From: Amphiscolops sp. MND2022
Lineage: Eukaryota
Reading direction: 5' to 3'
NCBI GenBank assembly: GCA_964187785.1
Contig: OZ076409.1
Location: forward strand, 75,270,001-75,334,000
Length of the DNA stretch: 64,000 bases
The notes under the pieces were generated by a model. It was not told where the DNA came from and did no database searches. It saw nothing but the letters and a program-made list of their open reading frames with translations. Positions 37,795 through 52,600 of the stretch are shown piece after piece (position 1 is the stretch's first letter; the number at the start of each line of letters is the position of its first letter). The translations under genes were made by a program, and so were the position numbers.

Positions 37795-40508
37795 GTGCGG
37801 GGGGGTAACCCCAACAAATATATTGGAGGATTCGGGTAGGGTCCTGAATCCGATTTTAACTCTAATAGCTATCGATAGGAAATCTTGCAAAAATTTCGGG
37901 ATCTCGTGATCTAACCATAGGATTTTAAAGTTGGAGCGGCCCCCACCAGATTTTCCGAAAATTAGCGCCCCCCACCGGTTTCCATACCCCGGAAAATTTT
38001 TTTCTGGCCACACGGGCGACCGTTAGGGGGTCATTTTAGGGGTAAAATTCATATTGGGCCACATAACTTTTTTTCTGTTGATTTAAAACTTTGGAACCCT
38101 GCTAAAAGTTTCTTGACCGTGTTGCAGGGGCCCCGAAGGTCCAAACCAAATTTTTCTATCTTGAAGCTATCTCCAAGTACCCCCCCGCTCAAACCGTTAT
38201 TTTTCCGGAAACGCAGGTTTTTGACCCGGAAGGAGTCGTCTGAGCGCGGGGTCGTTAGGTGATGTATTGGGGACGGCCTTGAGACGAAGTGGGGGACAAG
38301 TAGTTTGCCAACCTCAATTTACCCCCCGGACGGGAAATGACCGTTATATGAGCGTGAAAAATGCCCCCCTCCACGTTTTACCGCTATTTCCGGTGTGAAG
38401 GAGTGGGAGTAGCGCGTCGGGTGTTATATAACAAAAGTAGGTTTAGACAAGGACCTATCGGAAACATGTAGTTTGGGACCCCCTGGACCAACCCGTTAGC
38501 GGGAAATGGGGCTTCCGCCTCCTTTTTTTAGTGCTAAAACCGTAAAATGGGCATTGAGGGGTAAATATCTCGTGAACGCGTGGAGCAATCGTGTCCATCA
38601 CTACTACAAGGTTTCATACCCATGATATGGTGCCTTCAGGGGGGCAAACAGATTTCCGCTATCTATCACCGTTACCGACTTGTCCCCCCAGCCTAACCGC
38701 TATGTGACCGGAAATGTCACTTTTTGAGCCCAAAGGGTCGGACCCAGCCTGGGAACGTTAGGTAACTTATTGCAGTACTCAATGAGACGAGTTGGGGGAT
38801 ATAGTTTCAGTCAACCCCCGTTACCCCTTGGGACCGGAAATGACCGTTATGTGGGTAAATTTGCAATTTTTATACTTTTTCAAGTGTATTTAGGTGCGGA
38901 AGGAGTGGTAATAGGTGCTTGGACACTATATGAGGTAAGGGAGGACGTGAGGCGAGCATTCGGAAATAACCGTTATGTTGACCCTAAAGTCCCCCTAGTA
39001 CCGTAAACGACCGGAAATGGTCAAATTTTGTGTCTATTGGGTACAAATGTTTTGTATTTTGTAGATAAAAGTATCTATTAGGTGTTTCGACGGTCTACAG
39101 TAGTGAACATAGTCATGAAACCTTGTGGGGGGTAACGGTATATAGCACCGGAAGTCAAACCGTTGGAGACAGGATAGGTTTTTTGGTTTTAAAATGTCTT
39201 TCGGCGTAATTTTTTCGACTCTTGTGGACTATTTTTAAAAATTAAAGTTTTTCCATATAGTTTCAGAGACTCCGAAACCTCAACCAACATAACCGTTACC
39301 TTATGATAGCCTTTCAAGTTGGCCTGGTGTCAACTTGGAAGCGCTATCCTTCTGAAATCGTTAATCAAGAGTGTTTTTGGGTAGGTATATATTGCATTAG
39401 TACCAATTAGAGCTTCATCAACAGTGTACCAACGACAAAAACTATGCCGTCATGATTCCGTTATTAGAATCATAGTGAGCAAATTGTTGAAAAAAATGGT
39501 TTTTTCCATACAAAATGTGTCCTAAATGCCAGGAAACCTATTTACCTAACAAATGGTATTAATTGGAATGTTTGTAACAGATTTTGTAACGGACTCAAAC
39601 TCAGGGAGATATAGCGTTTTTCCGGAGCGGGGGGGTTTCATTTTTCTAACGGTCCAGCTTATCTTTGCCATTTTTCGAAAATGTACTCGCCTAAAGACCT
39701 CCCCTGGCCGGTTTTATTCCCAGCAAAACCATTTGGCCCTAAATACGGAGTTTCAGCGTTCCAGCATTCCCGGGCGAAAAGTTGTGGGACTTAGAAAAGT
39801 TCAAAAATTTTCAAAAAATTTTTTTCCGTTATTTGGGCCCCCAAAGTGGGGGAAAAGACCCCCCAACCAGTAAGGCAAGTGAATGCATGTGCAAAGCCCT
39901 TGTTTAGAGGAGAAAAATGCCGTTTAGAACGTCTTTTTATCTTGGCTCAACGTTGACTTATGACGTTTTGAAGGTGATGTTTGGAGGTGTGAAGCACGTG
40001 AATAGTAAACGTTATGAGTATTTATCTGATCTGAAAGCCATTGAGATGCAATATGGTTTGCTCAAAACGTAATTCATGGCAGTTTGGCAATCAATCAACA
40101 CCCTTTGTTGTCGTTTGACATACTTTTTTGTTGTTATAATAAAAAATTTTGTGTATTTATTCATTTTTTTCTCATCAAATAACTTGAAACAGTTGAGTAC
40201 ATTCCATCCCCCCCTTCCGGGGGAGATGAGAATGTACTCGCAAAAAGCACCGAACTACGGCCCTTACCTTCCCGAGCTACGCAGTATAAGGATTACATAT
40301 TGGTTCCGACATTTTCATAGAGTTAAATCTTGGTAATCTGTCTGGATATGCAGAAAACCAGCACGTGCTTTTTTATACCAAGTTGCTTACAACGACAATT
40401 ATTTTATATCAACGCCCCCATATTTATCAACGCCCCCCGTCCGTGGGCATGCCGAGGCATGCCCTTCGACGACGTATACCAAGATATACGTCGAGCGCGT
40501 TAGCCTAG
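37795..40508 (+). mobile_element. A/B fusion: 3'-truncated family A unit joined to a 5'-truncated family B unit
   Basis: A sequence runs to ~39580 (…tttgtaacag), then filler attttgtaac, then B sequence from ggactcaaactc (39591). The SphI block and CTAGGTG junction expected between them are missing. Confidence 0.85.
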
Positions 40509-43500
40509 GTGGCCGTGTCTTTTCGACGTGCTTTTGCATTGAGGAGTGGGTAGGGCCCCGCGACGACCTAGAAGAATTGGATGCTCACCGAAACGTGCAG
40601 AATTCTACGAGATCTCATAGTTTGAGCCATACGATTTTTCTGAAATTTGGCATGTGGCCTGGAATTGGTGAGTAGGTAAAACGTGTAGGAGGTGATTTTT
40701 CCCAAATTCCACTGTGAGACGAGATATGGGCAAATAACGGTCCCAAAAATGGCAAAAATGCACTTTTTTCAAGTTTGTCAGCCCATATCTCGTTCCCAGG
40801 TGCCCGGAGCGGGACGCGTTAAGCTGATTATAAACTCTAGGGTGCTGAGGCTGTACGGTGAACTTGGGCCCGTTCCGATCCGACTTGTAGTCTTGGAGAA
40901 ATAACGGTATTTTTGGGGAACCTTTTCTAACGGTCCAGCTTATCTTTGCCATTTTTTCGAAAATGTACTCGCCTAAAGGCCTCCCCCTGGCCGAATTTAC
41001 TCCCAGCAAAACCATTTGGCCCTAAATACGGAGTTTCAGCGTTCCAGCATTCCCGGGCGAAAAGTTGTGGGACTTGGAAAATTTTCAAAAATTTTCAAAA
41101 AATTTTTTTTTCGTTTTCCGGGCCCCCAATGAAGGGGAAACGACCCCCCAACCAGTATTTTGAGTGAATTCATGTGGAAAGCCCTTGTTTTGACGAGAAA
41201 AATACCGTTTAGAACATCTTTTTATCTTGACTCAACGTTGACTTATGACGTTTTGAATGTGATGTAAGGATGTAGGAGGCATGTGATAAGTTGATGTTTT
41301 GAGTCTTTATCTCATATGAAAGCGGTTGAGATGCAAGCTGTCCTGCTCAAAACGTCTTTCGTTGTAATTTTCCAGTGCACCAATACCCTTTGGTGTCATA
41401 TAAACATACTTTTTGTCGATATATTAACAATTTTAATGTATTTATTCCAATTTTTATTATCTTATAACTCAAAACAGTTGAGTACATTTCATCTCCCTTT
41501 CGGGGGAGATGAGAATGTACTCGCTAAAGACCTAGCGCCATGACCAAAAGTTTGAAACCCACGTTTTTTATCTTCTTACAGACTTGTTTTTGTATTTTTT
41601 CGGAATTTTTTAAAAATTAATATACTTGAAATACATTACTTGACTTTACTACTACAACCCACCTCCAACGACAACGCCCCCCTGCTTGCATCAACGCCCA
41701 CCGTCCGTGGGCATGCCGAGGCATGCCCTTCGACGACGTATGCCAAATGCCCAGTGCCACGCAGTCATTATCGCTAGGTGCCGGGATTTCTATTCGATAA
41801 AGTATGTGGCGCGCCTTGGGTAGGGTCCCTTGCGCGCTCTTGGGTATGGTGTTCACCAGCTAGGAAACAGGGGTCGATTTTTCGGGATCTCCTAAACTAG
41901 CCACACGATTTGGCTGAAATTTGGCACACGTACTCCCCTCGGCACGGTGAAGATGATTTCCTACTGACGTTTTTCCCGCAAAATTTTTTTTGTTGTCCAA
42001 AATAACGGTTTTTGGGGTAAAATTTTGAATTTTTTTTAAATTTTATCTTATATCTCGCCACGGGTTTACGCTAGCGCTTCAGAACCTTGCTAAAGAAAGT
42101 TTGCAAACTGTCTCAGGAATGCTGTGTGAAAATTTCAGCTCAATCGGACTTAAACTCGGGGAGATATAGAGTTTTTCCGGAGCGGGGGGGTTTCATTTTT
42201 CTAACGGTCCAGCTTATCTTTGCCATTTTTTCGAAAATGCACTCGCCTAAAGGCCTCCCCTGGCCGGTTTTATTCCCAGCAAAACCATTTGGCCCTAAAT
42301 ACGGAGTTTCAGCGTTCCAGCATTCCCGGGCGAAAAGTTGTGGGACTTAGAAAAGTTCAAAAATTTTCAAAAAATTTTTTTTCCGTTATTTGGGCCCCCA
42401 AAGTGGGGGAAAAGACCCCCCAACCAGTAAGGCAAGTGAATGCATGTGCAAAGCCCTTGTTTAGAGGAGAAAAATGCCGTTTAGAACGTCTTTTTATCTT
42501 GGCTCAATGTTGACTTATGACGTTTTGAAGGTGATGTTTGGAGGTGTAAAGCACGTGAAAAGTAAACGTTATGAGTATTTATCTGATCTGAAAGCCATTG
42601 AGATGCAACCTGTTTTGCTCAAAACGTAATTCATATCAGTTTGGTAGTCAATCAACACCCTTTGTTGTCATTTGACATACTTTTTTTGTTGATATAATAA
42701 AAAATTTCGTGTATTTATTCATTTTTTTCTCATCAAATAACTTGAAACAGTTGAGTACATTCCATCCCCCCTTCACGGGGGAGATGAGAATGTACTCGCA
42801 GAAAGCCCCGAACTACGGCCCTTACCTTCCTGAGCTACGCAGTATAAAGATTGCATATTGGTTCCGACATTTTGATAGAGTTATATCTTGGTAATCTGTC
42901 TGGGTATGCAGAAAAACCAGCACGTGCTTTTTTATACCAAGTTGCTCACAACGACATTTATTTTATATCAACGCCCCCATATTTATCAACGCCCCCCGTC
43001 CGTGGGCATGCCGAGGCATGCCCTTCGACGACGTATACCAAGATATGTTCGAGCGCGTTAGCCTAGGTGGCCGGAAATTTTTTTTTCAGCAAAATCTTTG
43101 CCATTGGGGGAGGGGCCCCGGATGGCCAGTAGTACGGGATAGCTTCCTACCAAATCCAGATGGAAAAAACGTGATTTTGGAAACTAGCCGTCAGAATTTG
43201 CTCAAATTTTGCATACGGCTTCCTATAACAATCCTAAGAACTAATCCCTACTGGCATTTTGCCCGAAAAACGCAAAAAGTTGGTCAAAATCTTAGTTTTT
43301 TGGTCAAAAAATGGCGTTTTTTCGAAAAAAAAATTTTTCAGAGACAATTACTCGTAACTGGTTCACCCAGCGCAAAAACGCCTAGCTGATTTATTGTTGG
43401 GCACTTCATGAGGAACACGTATACAAATTTTCGTTCAGATCGGAAAAAAAAAGACTAAGTATTAGCCGGAATTCGGACGCATTGTTTCGCAAATTTTTGA

Positions 43501-45635
43501 AAACCTAGTCTATCTCTGCCGTTTTTTGCCCAGATTTTTTTCCAGGTCCTCTCCTAAAGGCCTCCCCTGGCCGGTTTACTTCCCAGAAAAACCATTTGGC
43601 CCTAAATACGGAGTTTCAGCGTTCTAGCATTCCCGGGCGAAAAGATGTGGGACTTAGAAAAAATTCAAAATTTTTCAAAATTTTTTTTTTCGTTTTCCGG
43701 CCCCCCAATGAAGGGGAACGACCCCCCAACGAGGATTTTTGGTGAATTCACGTGGAAAGGCCTTGTTTTGTGGAGAAAATTGCCGTTTAGAGCGACTTTT
43801 TATCTTAACTTGACGTTGACCTCTGTCGTTTTGAATTTGATATTAGTATGTGTTGAGCATGTGAAAAGTTGATGATTTCAGTTGTTCTCTCGTGTTCAAG
43901 CCATTGAGATACAAGCGGTAGTGATCAAAATGTGATTTATCGCAATTTGGTGGTGCTTTTGGTGTATTTTGATTCTTTTAAATAAAAAGTTGTTCTTTAT
44001 ATATTTGGTGTATTGATTCAAATTAACAAGAAACCGTTGAGTACATTTCATCTCCCCCCTTGTGGGGGAGATGAGGATGTACCCGCTAAATGACACGCAC
44101 AATGGCCCACTTTTACTTTTATGTGACGTTTTCTAGGCTTTTGCGCAAGCCCACTAATATTTAGACTGGTTTCCTTTTCTTTTACTCCAAAATTTTCCGT
44201 ACTAACCACCTTACGCACCACCAGCTCAACGTAACATCTGTAACGTCAACGCCACACACTCTCACTAACGCCCACCGTCCGTGGGCATGCCGAGGCATGC
44301 CCTTCGACGACGTATGCCAAATAGCGCCACAGGGCGCAAACTTGTCCGCTAGGTGGCCGGAAATTTTTTTTTTCAGCAAAATCTTTGCCATTGGGGGAGG
44401 GGCCCCGGATGGCCAGTAGTACGGCATAGCTCCCTACGGAATCCAGGCGGAAAAAACGTGATTTTGGAAACTAGCCGTCAGAATTTGCTCAAATTTTGCA
44501 TACGGCTTCCTATAACAATCCTAAGAACTAATCCCTACTGGCATTTTGCCCAAAAAACGCAAAAAGTTGGTCAAAATCTTAGTTTTTTGGTCAAAAAATG
44601 GCGTTTTTTCGAAAAAAATTTTTTTCAGAGACAATTACTCGTAACTGGTTCACCCAGCGCAAAAACGCCTAGCTGATTTATTGTTGGGCACTTCATGAGG
44701 AGTGCGTATACAAACTTTCGTCCAAATCGGATGAAAGTTGATTGAGAAATAACAGAAAATTTGAGGCATTTTTTTGGAAATTTTTGAAATCCCAGTCTAT
44801 CTCTGCCGTTTTTTGCCCAGATTTTTTTCCAGACACTCTCCTAAAGACCTCCCCTGGCCGGTTTACCTCCCAGCAAAACCATTTGGCCCTAAATACGGAG
44901 TTTCAGCGTTCTAGCATTCCCGGGCGAAAAGTTGTGGGACTTAGAAAAAATTTTTGGAAACGCAAAATGTGTAAAGTCAACTTCAGGCCTCCCAAAGTCA
45001 AGAAACTTCCACACAACTAGTATTGCAAGTGAATGCATGTAGAAAGTACTCGAATAGACAAGGAAAATGGGCTATAGAACGACTCTGTAGCTTAACTTGA
45101 CGTTGACTTATGACATTTTGAGTGTGAGCGTCCTATAGGATTTTAATGTCAAAAATGAGATTTTGTAAGTCATGAGTCATCAAAAACTCATCGGAATACG
45201 TTCAATCATCCCCATAGCTGTTCAATCACCGTTGCTTAGTAGAGCAACGCCATTATATGTCTTTGGACCCATTTTAAAAATTTTCCTTACCGTCTTATTC
45301 GTCCGATATCACGAAACAGTTGAGTACATTCCATCTTCCCCCTTGTGGGGGAGATGAGAATGTACTCGCCAAAGACCTGATACAATGACCCATATTGGTT
45401 TTTATTTGACTTTTCTCACAATATTGCACACGGATAGCTGTGTTTGGTAAAAGTTTTCCTTTGCACCATGTCTCCAGAAGCAAAACCACTTCTTTAGCTT
45501 ACTACTTCTACTCAAACATCACTAACGTCAACGCCACATACTGGCATCAACGCCCACCGTCTGTGGGCATGCCGAGGCATGCCCTTCGACGACGTATGCC
45601 AAATAGCGCCGCAGGGCGCCCCCAATTTCCGCTAG
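40509..45635 (+). mobile_element. Run of 4 family B units (40509 B2, 41778 B1, 43067 B3, 44353 B3)
   Basis: Junctions at 41777, 43066, 44352 and 45635; conserved core and hairpins present in each. Confidence 0.8.
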
Positions 45636-48600
45636 GTGCGGGGGGGTAACCCCAACTTTTTTCTTGGAGGAATCGGGTAGGGTCCTGATTCCGAGTTCAG
45701 TGCCGCCAGCTATCGTTAAAAACCTATACCTTTTAAACCCGATCTCGAGAACTAACCACGCCCCTTCTTTGATTTTTTGGCCCCCACTCACTTTTTGATA
45801 GTAGATCGCCCCCCACTGGGTTCCAAGTTGGGCAAAAATGGAGGTCAAGGGTAACGGGGACCGTTAAGGGGTAACTCAGGGGGTAAAATTTATTTTTTGC
45901 GTCATATCTTTTCCCCCCGTGGATTTAGCGCTTCCGGTCAGCAGACAAAACCTCATGTACGTGATACGGGGCCTCCGTAGGTCCAAACAAAATTTTTCTA
46001 TCATGCACCGTTACGGACTTGCCCCCCCCCCGGCCCAACCGTTATTTTGCCGGAAATTGCACTTTTTGACCGGGAAGGAGTCGTCTGAGCACGGAGTCGT
46101 TTGGTAATGTTTTGTAGTGCATCTGGAGACGTGTTGGGGGACATGTAGTTTGCCGGCCCCAGTTTACCCCCCGGACGGGAAATGACCGTTATGTGAGTTT
46201 TAAAATTACCCCCCTTCAATTTTCCCCGTTATTTCCGGTGTGAAGGAGTGGGAGTAGCGCGTCGGGTGCCATATATCAAAAGTAGGTTTAGACAAGGACC
46301 AACCGGAAACATGTGGTTTGGGACCCCCTGACCCAACCCGTTAGCCGTTATAAGGGTGATCGCCTCCTTTTTTTACACTCAAAACCGGAAAACGGGTATT
46401 GAGGGGTAAATATCTCGTGAACGCGTGGAGCAATCGTGTCCATCACTACTACAAGGTTTCATACCCATGATATGGTGCCTTCAGGGGGGCAAACAGATTA
46501 CCGCTATCTATCACCGTTACGGACTTGGCCCCCCAGCCCAACCGCTATGTGACCGGAAATGTCACTTTTTGAGCCCAAAGGGTCGATCGCAGCCTGGGAA
46601 CGTTAGGTAACTTATTGTAGTACTCATTGAGACGAGTTGGGGGACATAGTTTCAGTCACCCCCCGTTACCCCTTAGGACCGGAAATGACCGTTTTGTGAG
46701 TGAAATTGCAATTTTTATACTTTTTGAAAGGCATTTAGGTGCAGAAGGAGTGGTAATAGGTGCTTGGACACTATATAATGATAAGGAGGACGTGAGGCGA
46801 GCATTCGAAAAAAACCGTTATGTTGACCCCAAAGTCCCCCTGGTACCGTAAATGACCGGAAATGGTCAAATTTTGTGTTTAAAGGGTACAAATGTTTGGT
46901 GTTTTATGGATAACAGTACCTATTAGGTGTTTCGACGGTATGCAGTTGTGAACATAGTCATGAAACCTTGTGGGGGGTAACGGTATATAGCACCGGAAGT
47001 CCAAAACGTTGGAGACAGGATAAGTTTTTTGGTTTTAAAACGTCTTTCGGCCTACTTTTGTCGACTATTATGGTCTATTTTTGAAAAATAAAATTTTTCC
47101 ATATAGTTTCAGAGACTCCGAAACCTCAACCAACATAACCGTTACCTTATGATAGCCTTTCAAGTTGGCCTGGTGTCAACTTGGAAGGGCTATCCTTCAA
47201 AAATCATTAATCAAGTATGTTTTTGAGTATGTTTGTATTACTTTAGAATCAATTAGAGCTTAAAGGAAAGTTTGCCAACGACAAAAACTATGTCGTGATG
47301 ATTCCGTTATTAGAATACTTGTTAACAAAGTTTTAAAAACGTTGATTTTTTACATATCAAATGTGTCCTAAATGCCAGAAAACCTCTTTACCAAACAAAT
47401 GGTATTGATTGAATTGTATATAACAGCTAATAAAAGTTCAAACTGAATATTACGTTTCATTTTGGAAGCTGAAACGTCATTTTATAGTTTCATTAACGTC
47501 AACGCCACATACTTTACATCAACGCCCACCGTCCGTAGGCATGCCGAGGCATGCCTTTCGACGACGTATACCAAATTCCTTTAACACAACACCCCCGAGC
47601 GCGGTAGCCGCTAGGTGCGGGGGGGTAACCCCAACTTTTTTCTTGGAGGAATCGGGTAGGGTCCTGATTCCGAGTTCAGTGCCGCCAGCTATCGTTAAAA
47701 ACCCATACCTTTTAAACCCGATCTCGGGAACTAACCACGCCCCTTCTTTAATTTTTTGGCCCCCACTCACTTTTTGAGAGTAGATCGCCCCCCACTGGGT
47801 TCCAAGTTGGGCAAAAATGGAGGTCATGGGTAACGGGGACCGTTAAGGGGTAACTCAGGGGGTAAAATTTATTTTTTGCGTCATATCTTTTCCCCCCGTG
47901 GATTTAGCGCTTCCGGTCAGCAGACAAAACCTCATGTACGTGATAAGGGGCCTCCGTAGGTCCAAACAAAATTTTTCTATCATGCACCGTTACGGACTTG
48001 CCCCCCCGGCCCAACCGTTATTTTGCCGGAAATTGCCTTTTTTGACAGGAAAGGAGTCGTCTGAGCACGGAGTCGCTTGGTAATGTTTTGTAGTGCATCT
48101 GGAGACGTGTTGGGGGACATGTAGTTTGCCGACCCCAGTTTACCCCTCGGACGGGAAATGACCGTTATGTGAGTTTTAAAAATGCCCCCCTTCAATTTTC
48201 CCCGCAATTTCCGGTGTGAAGGAGTGGGAGTAGGGTGTCGGGTGCCATATATCAAAAGTAGGTTTAGACAAGGACCAACCGGAAACATGTGGTTTCGGAC
48301 CCCCTGACCCAACCCGTTAGCCGCTATTAGGGTGATCGCCTCCTTTTTTTGCTGTTAAAACCGGAAAACGGGCATTGAGGGGTAAATATCTCGTGAACGC
48401 GTGGAGCAATCGTGTCCATCACTACTACAAGGTTTCATACCCATGATATGGTGCCTTCAGGGGGGCAAACAGATTACCGCTATCTATCACCGTTACCGAC
48501 TTGGCCCCCCAGCCTAACCGCTATGTGACCGGAAATTGCACTTTTTGAGCCCAAAGGGTCGATCCTAGCCGGGCAACGATAGGTAACATATTGTAGTACT

Positions 48601-49608
48601 CATTGAGACGAGTTGGGGGATCTAGTTTCAGTCACCCCCGTTACCCCTTGAGACCGGAAATGACCGTTATGTGAGTAGAATTGCAATTTTTATACCTTTT
48701 GAAGGGCATTTAGAAGCGGAAGGAATGGTAATAGGTGCTTGGACACTATATGATGTAATGGAGGTCGTGAGGAGAGCATTCGGAAGTAACCGTTACGTTG
48801 ACCCCAAAGTCCCCCTGGTACCGTTAACAACCGGAAATGGCCAGATTTTGTGTTTGTAGGGTACAAATGTTTGGTATTTTATGGATAAAAGTACCTGGAA
48901 GGTGTTTTAAAGGCCTCCAGAAGTGAACATAGTCAAGAAACTTTGTGGGGGGTAACGGTATATAGCACCGGAAGTCCAAACCGTTAGTTACAGAATAGGT
49001 TTTTTGGTTTCAAAATGTCTTTAGGCGTAGTTTTGTGGGTGGAATCGTCATAATATCAACTAATACGGACTTTTTTCGGAAATAAAATTTTTTCACATTA
49101 GTTTCAGGGACCTCCAATGTTTCAGTCAACATAACCGTTACATTTTGATAGCCTTTCAAGTTGGCCTGGTGTCAACTTGGAAGGGCTATCCTTCTAAAAT
49201 CGTTAATCAAGAGTGTTTTTGGGTAGGTATATGTTGCATTAGTACCAATTAGAGCTTCATCAACAGTTTGCCAACGGCAAAAACGATGTCGTGATAATTC
49301 CGTTATAAGAATATTAATTAACAAATTGTTTACAAAGTTGATTTTTTTCATTTAAAATGTGTCCTAATGCCACCAAATTGAATAAAATAATAAATGGTAT
49401 TGACTAAAACTAAATAACATTGAAAAAGAACATCAACATTTTTATTAGGTCTCATTATGGAAGCTGAAACCTCACGTTTTAACTTGATTAACGTCAACGC
49501 CACATACTTTACATCAACGCCCACCGTCTGTGGGCATGCCGAGGCATGCCCTTCGACGACGTATACCAAACAACCTCCATATCTACACCCACCCGCGGTA
49601 GCAGCTAG
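45636..49608 (+). mobile_element. Two family A units (45636-47614, 1979 bp; 47615-49608, 1994 bp)
   Basis: Both start GTGCGGGGGGGTAACCCC; the second matches 743-2736 at offset 46872. Confidence 0.7.
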
Positions 49609-52600
49609 GTGCCGGGATTTCTATTCGATAAAGTATGTGGCGCGCCTTGGGTAGGGTCCCTTGCGCGCTCTTGGGTATGGTGTTCACCAGCTAGGAAACA
49701 GGGGTCGATTTTTCGGGATCTCCTAAACTAGCCACACGATTTGGCTGAAATTTGGCACACGTACTCCCCTCGGCACGGTGAAGATGATTTCCTACTGACA
49801 TTTTTCCCGCAAAATTTTTTTTGTTGTCCAAAATAACGGTTTTTGGGGTAAAATTTTGAATTTTTTTTAAATTTTATCTTATATCTCGCCACGGGTTCAC
49901 GCTAGCGCTTCAAAACCCTGCTAAAGAAAGCTTGCAAACTGTCTCAGGAATGCGGTGTGAAATTTTCAGCTCAATCGGACTTAAACTCGGGGAGATATAG
50001 AGTTTTTCCGGAGCGGGGGGGTTTCATTTTTCTAACGGTCCAGCTTATCTTTGCCATTTTTTCGAAAATGCACTCGCCTAAAGGCCTCCCCTGGCCGGTT
50101 TTATTCCCAGCAAAACCATTTGGCCCTAAATACGGAGTTTCAGCGTTCCAGCATTCCCGGGCGAAAAGTTGTGGGACTTAGAAAAGTTCAAAAAATTTCA
50201 AAAAAATTTTTTTCCGTTTTCCGCCCTCCCCCCCTAGGGGAAAAGACCCCCCAACCAGTAATTTGAGTGAATTCATGTGGAAAGGCCATGTTTAGAGGAG
50301 AAAAATACCGTTTAGATCGTCTTTTTATCTTAACTCAACGTTGACTTATGACGTTTTGAAGGTGATGTTTGGAGGTGTAAAGCACGTGAATAGTAAACGT
50401 TATGAGTATTTATCTGATCTGAAAGCCATTGAGATGCAATATGGTTTGCTCAAAACGTAATTCATGGCAGTTTGGCAATCAATCAACACCCTTTGTTGTC
50501 GTTTGACAGACTTTTTTGTTGTTATAATAAAAAATTTTGTGTATTTATTCATTTTTTTCTCATCAAATAACTTGAAACAGTTGAGTACATTCCATCCCCC
50601 CCTTCCGGGGGAGATGAGAATGTACTCGCAAAAAGCACCGAACTACGACCCTTACCTTCCCGAGCTACGCAGTATAAGGACTACATATTGGTTCCGACAT
50701 TTTCATAGAGTTAAATCTTGGTAATCTGTCTGGATATGCAGAAAAACCAGCACGTGCTTTTTTATACCAAGTTGCTCACAACGACAATTATTTTATATCA
50801 ACGCCCCCATATTTATCAACGCCCCCCGTCCGTGGGCATGCCGAGGCATGCCCTTCGACGACGTATACCAAGATATGTTCGAGCGCGTTAGCCTAGGTGG
50901 CCGTGTCTTTTCGACGTGCTTTTGCATTGAGGAGTGGGTAGGGCCCCGCGACGACCTAGAAGAATTGGATGCTCACCGAAACGTGCAGAATTCTACGAGA
51001 TCTCATAGTTTGAGCCATACGATTTTTCTGAAATTTGGCATGTGGCCTGGAATTGGTGAGTAGGTAAAACGTGTAGAAGGTAATTTTTCCCAAATTCCAT
51101 TGTGAGAGGAGATATGGGCAAATAACGGACCCAAAATTGGGGAAAATGCACTTTTTTCAAGTTTGTCAGCCAATATCTCATTTCCAGGTGCCCGTAGCGT
51201 TCCGCACGTGGACGTCAATATTGCTCAACGCTGTTGGAAGAGTGCGTGGACAAATTTTGGTTCAAATCGGACTGAAACTTGGCGAGAAATTAACGGTTTT
51301 TTGGGCGTTTCCGGGGTAAATTTTTTAACGGTCCAGCTTATCTTTGCCATTTTTTCGAAAATGTACATGCCTAAAGGCCTCCCCCTGGCCGAATTTACTC
51401 CCAGCAAACCCATTTGGCCCTAAATACGGAGTTTCAGCTGTCCAGCATTTCCGGGCGAAAAGTTGTGGGACTTTGAAAAATTTCAAAATTTTTCAAAAAT
51501 TTTTTTTTCCGTTTTCCGGGCCCCCCAATGAAGGGGAACGACCCCCCAACCAGTATTTTGAGTAATTTCATGAGGAAAGCCCATGTTTAGAGGAGAAAAT
51601 GCCGCTTAGAACGTCTTTTTATCTTAACTTGATGTTGACTTATGATCTTTTGAGTAGCGTATAACACGTGATCACAGTAGTGAAAACCCTAATTTTCAAA
51701 AATTTTCAAACCATAACGCATGAAAAGAACCTGGAAAAGGTTCCGATGGGTCAGTTGGGATGTCTGAAGCATGTGTACATTCCCGTAGTGTATAGCGGAT
51801 GTATTTGGGACTTATTAGAAATTGTGATATGTTTTATACAAGTCTTTGTTTCTCTTAGAATCTTATGCAGTTGAGTACATTCCATCTCCCTCTCAGGGGA
51901 GATGTGAATGTACGTTTGCCAAATGCCTTGTATATTTCACATCTTTGATGGATTCAAATAACTAAACAAGTGTGATTTGCGTTTGCCGAACCACTGCGAC
52001 AAAACATCCTAAATCTATAGCGAGTATGTATGGTTTTTGTCTTTAGTGTTTCGTCTTGTGTAGCCGACTTCCACATCCAAATATCAACGCCCGCCGTCCG
52101 TAGGCATGCCGAGGCATGCCTTTCGACGACGTATGCCAAATGCCCAATGCCACGCTGTCATTATCGCTAGGTGCCCGGATTTCTATTCATTAAAGTATGT
52201 TGCGCGTGTGGGTAGGGCCCCGTGGCGCGCTCTTGTGTCCCTGTTCTAAAATCTGTAATTTCCGGCAGCATTCTGAGCGATTTTCTAAACTATCCATACG
52301 ATTTGGCTAAAATTTGGCACACGTACCCCCCTCGGCACGGTGAAGATGATTTCCTACTGACGTTTTTCCCGCAAAATTTTTTTTGTTGTCCAAAATAACG
52401 GTTTTTGGGGTAAAATTTTGAACTTTTTTTAAATTTCATCTGATATCTCGCCACGGGTTTACGCTAGCGCTTCAAAACCCTGCTAAAGAAAGCTTGCAAA
52501 CTGTCTCAGGAATGCGGTGTGAAATTTTCAGCTCAATCGGACTTAAACTCAGGGAGATATAGCGTTTTTCCGGAGCGGGGGGGTTTCATTTTTCTAACGG

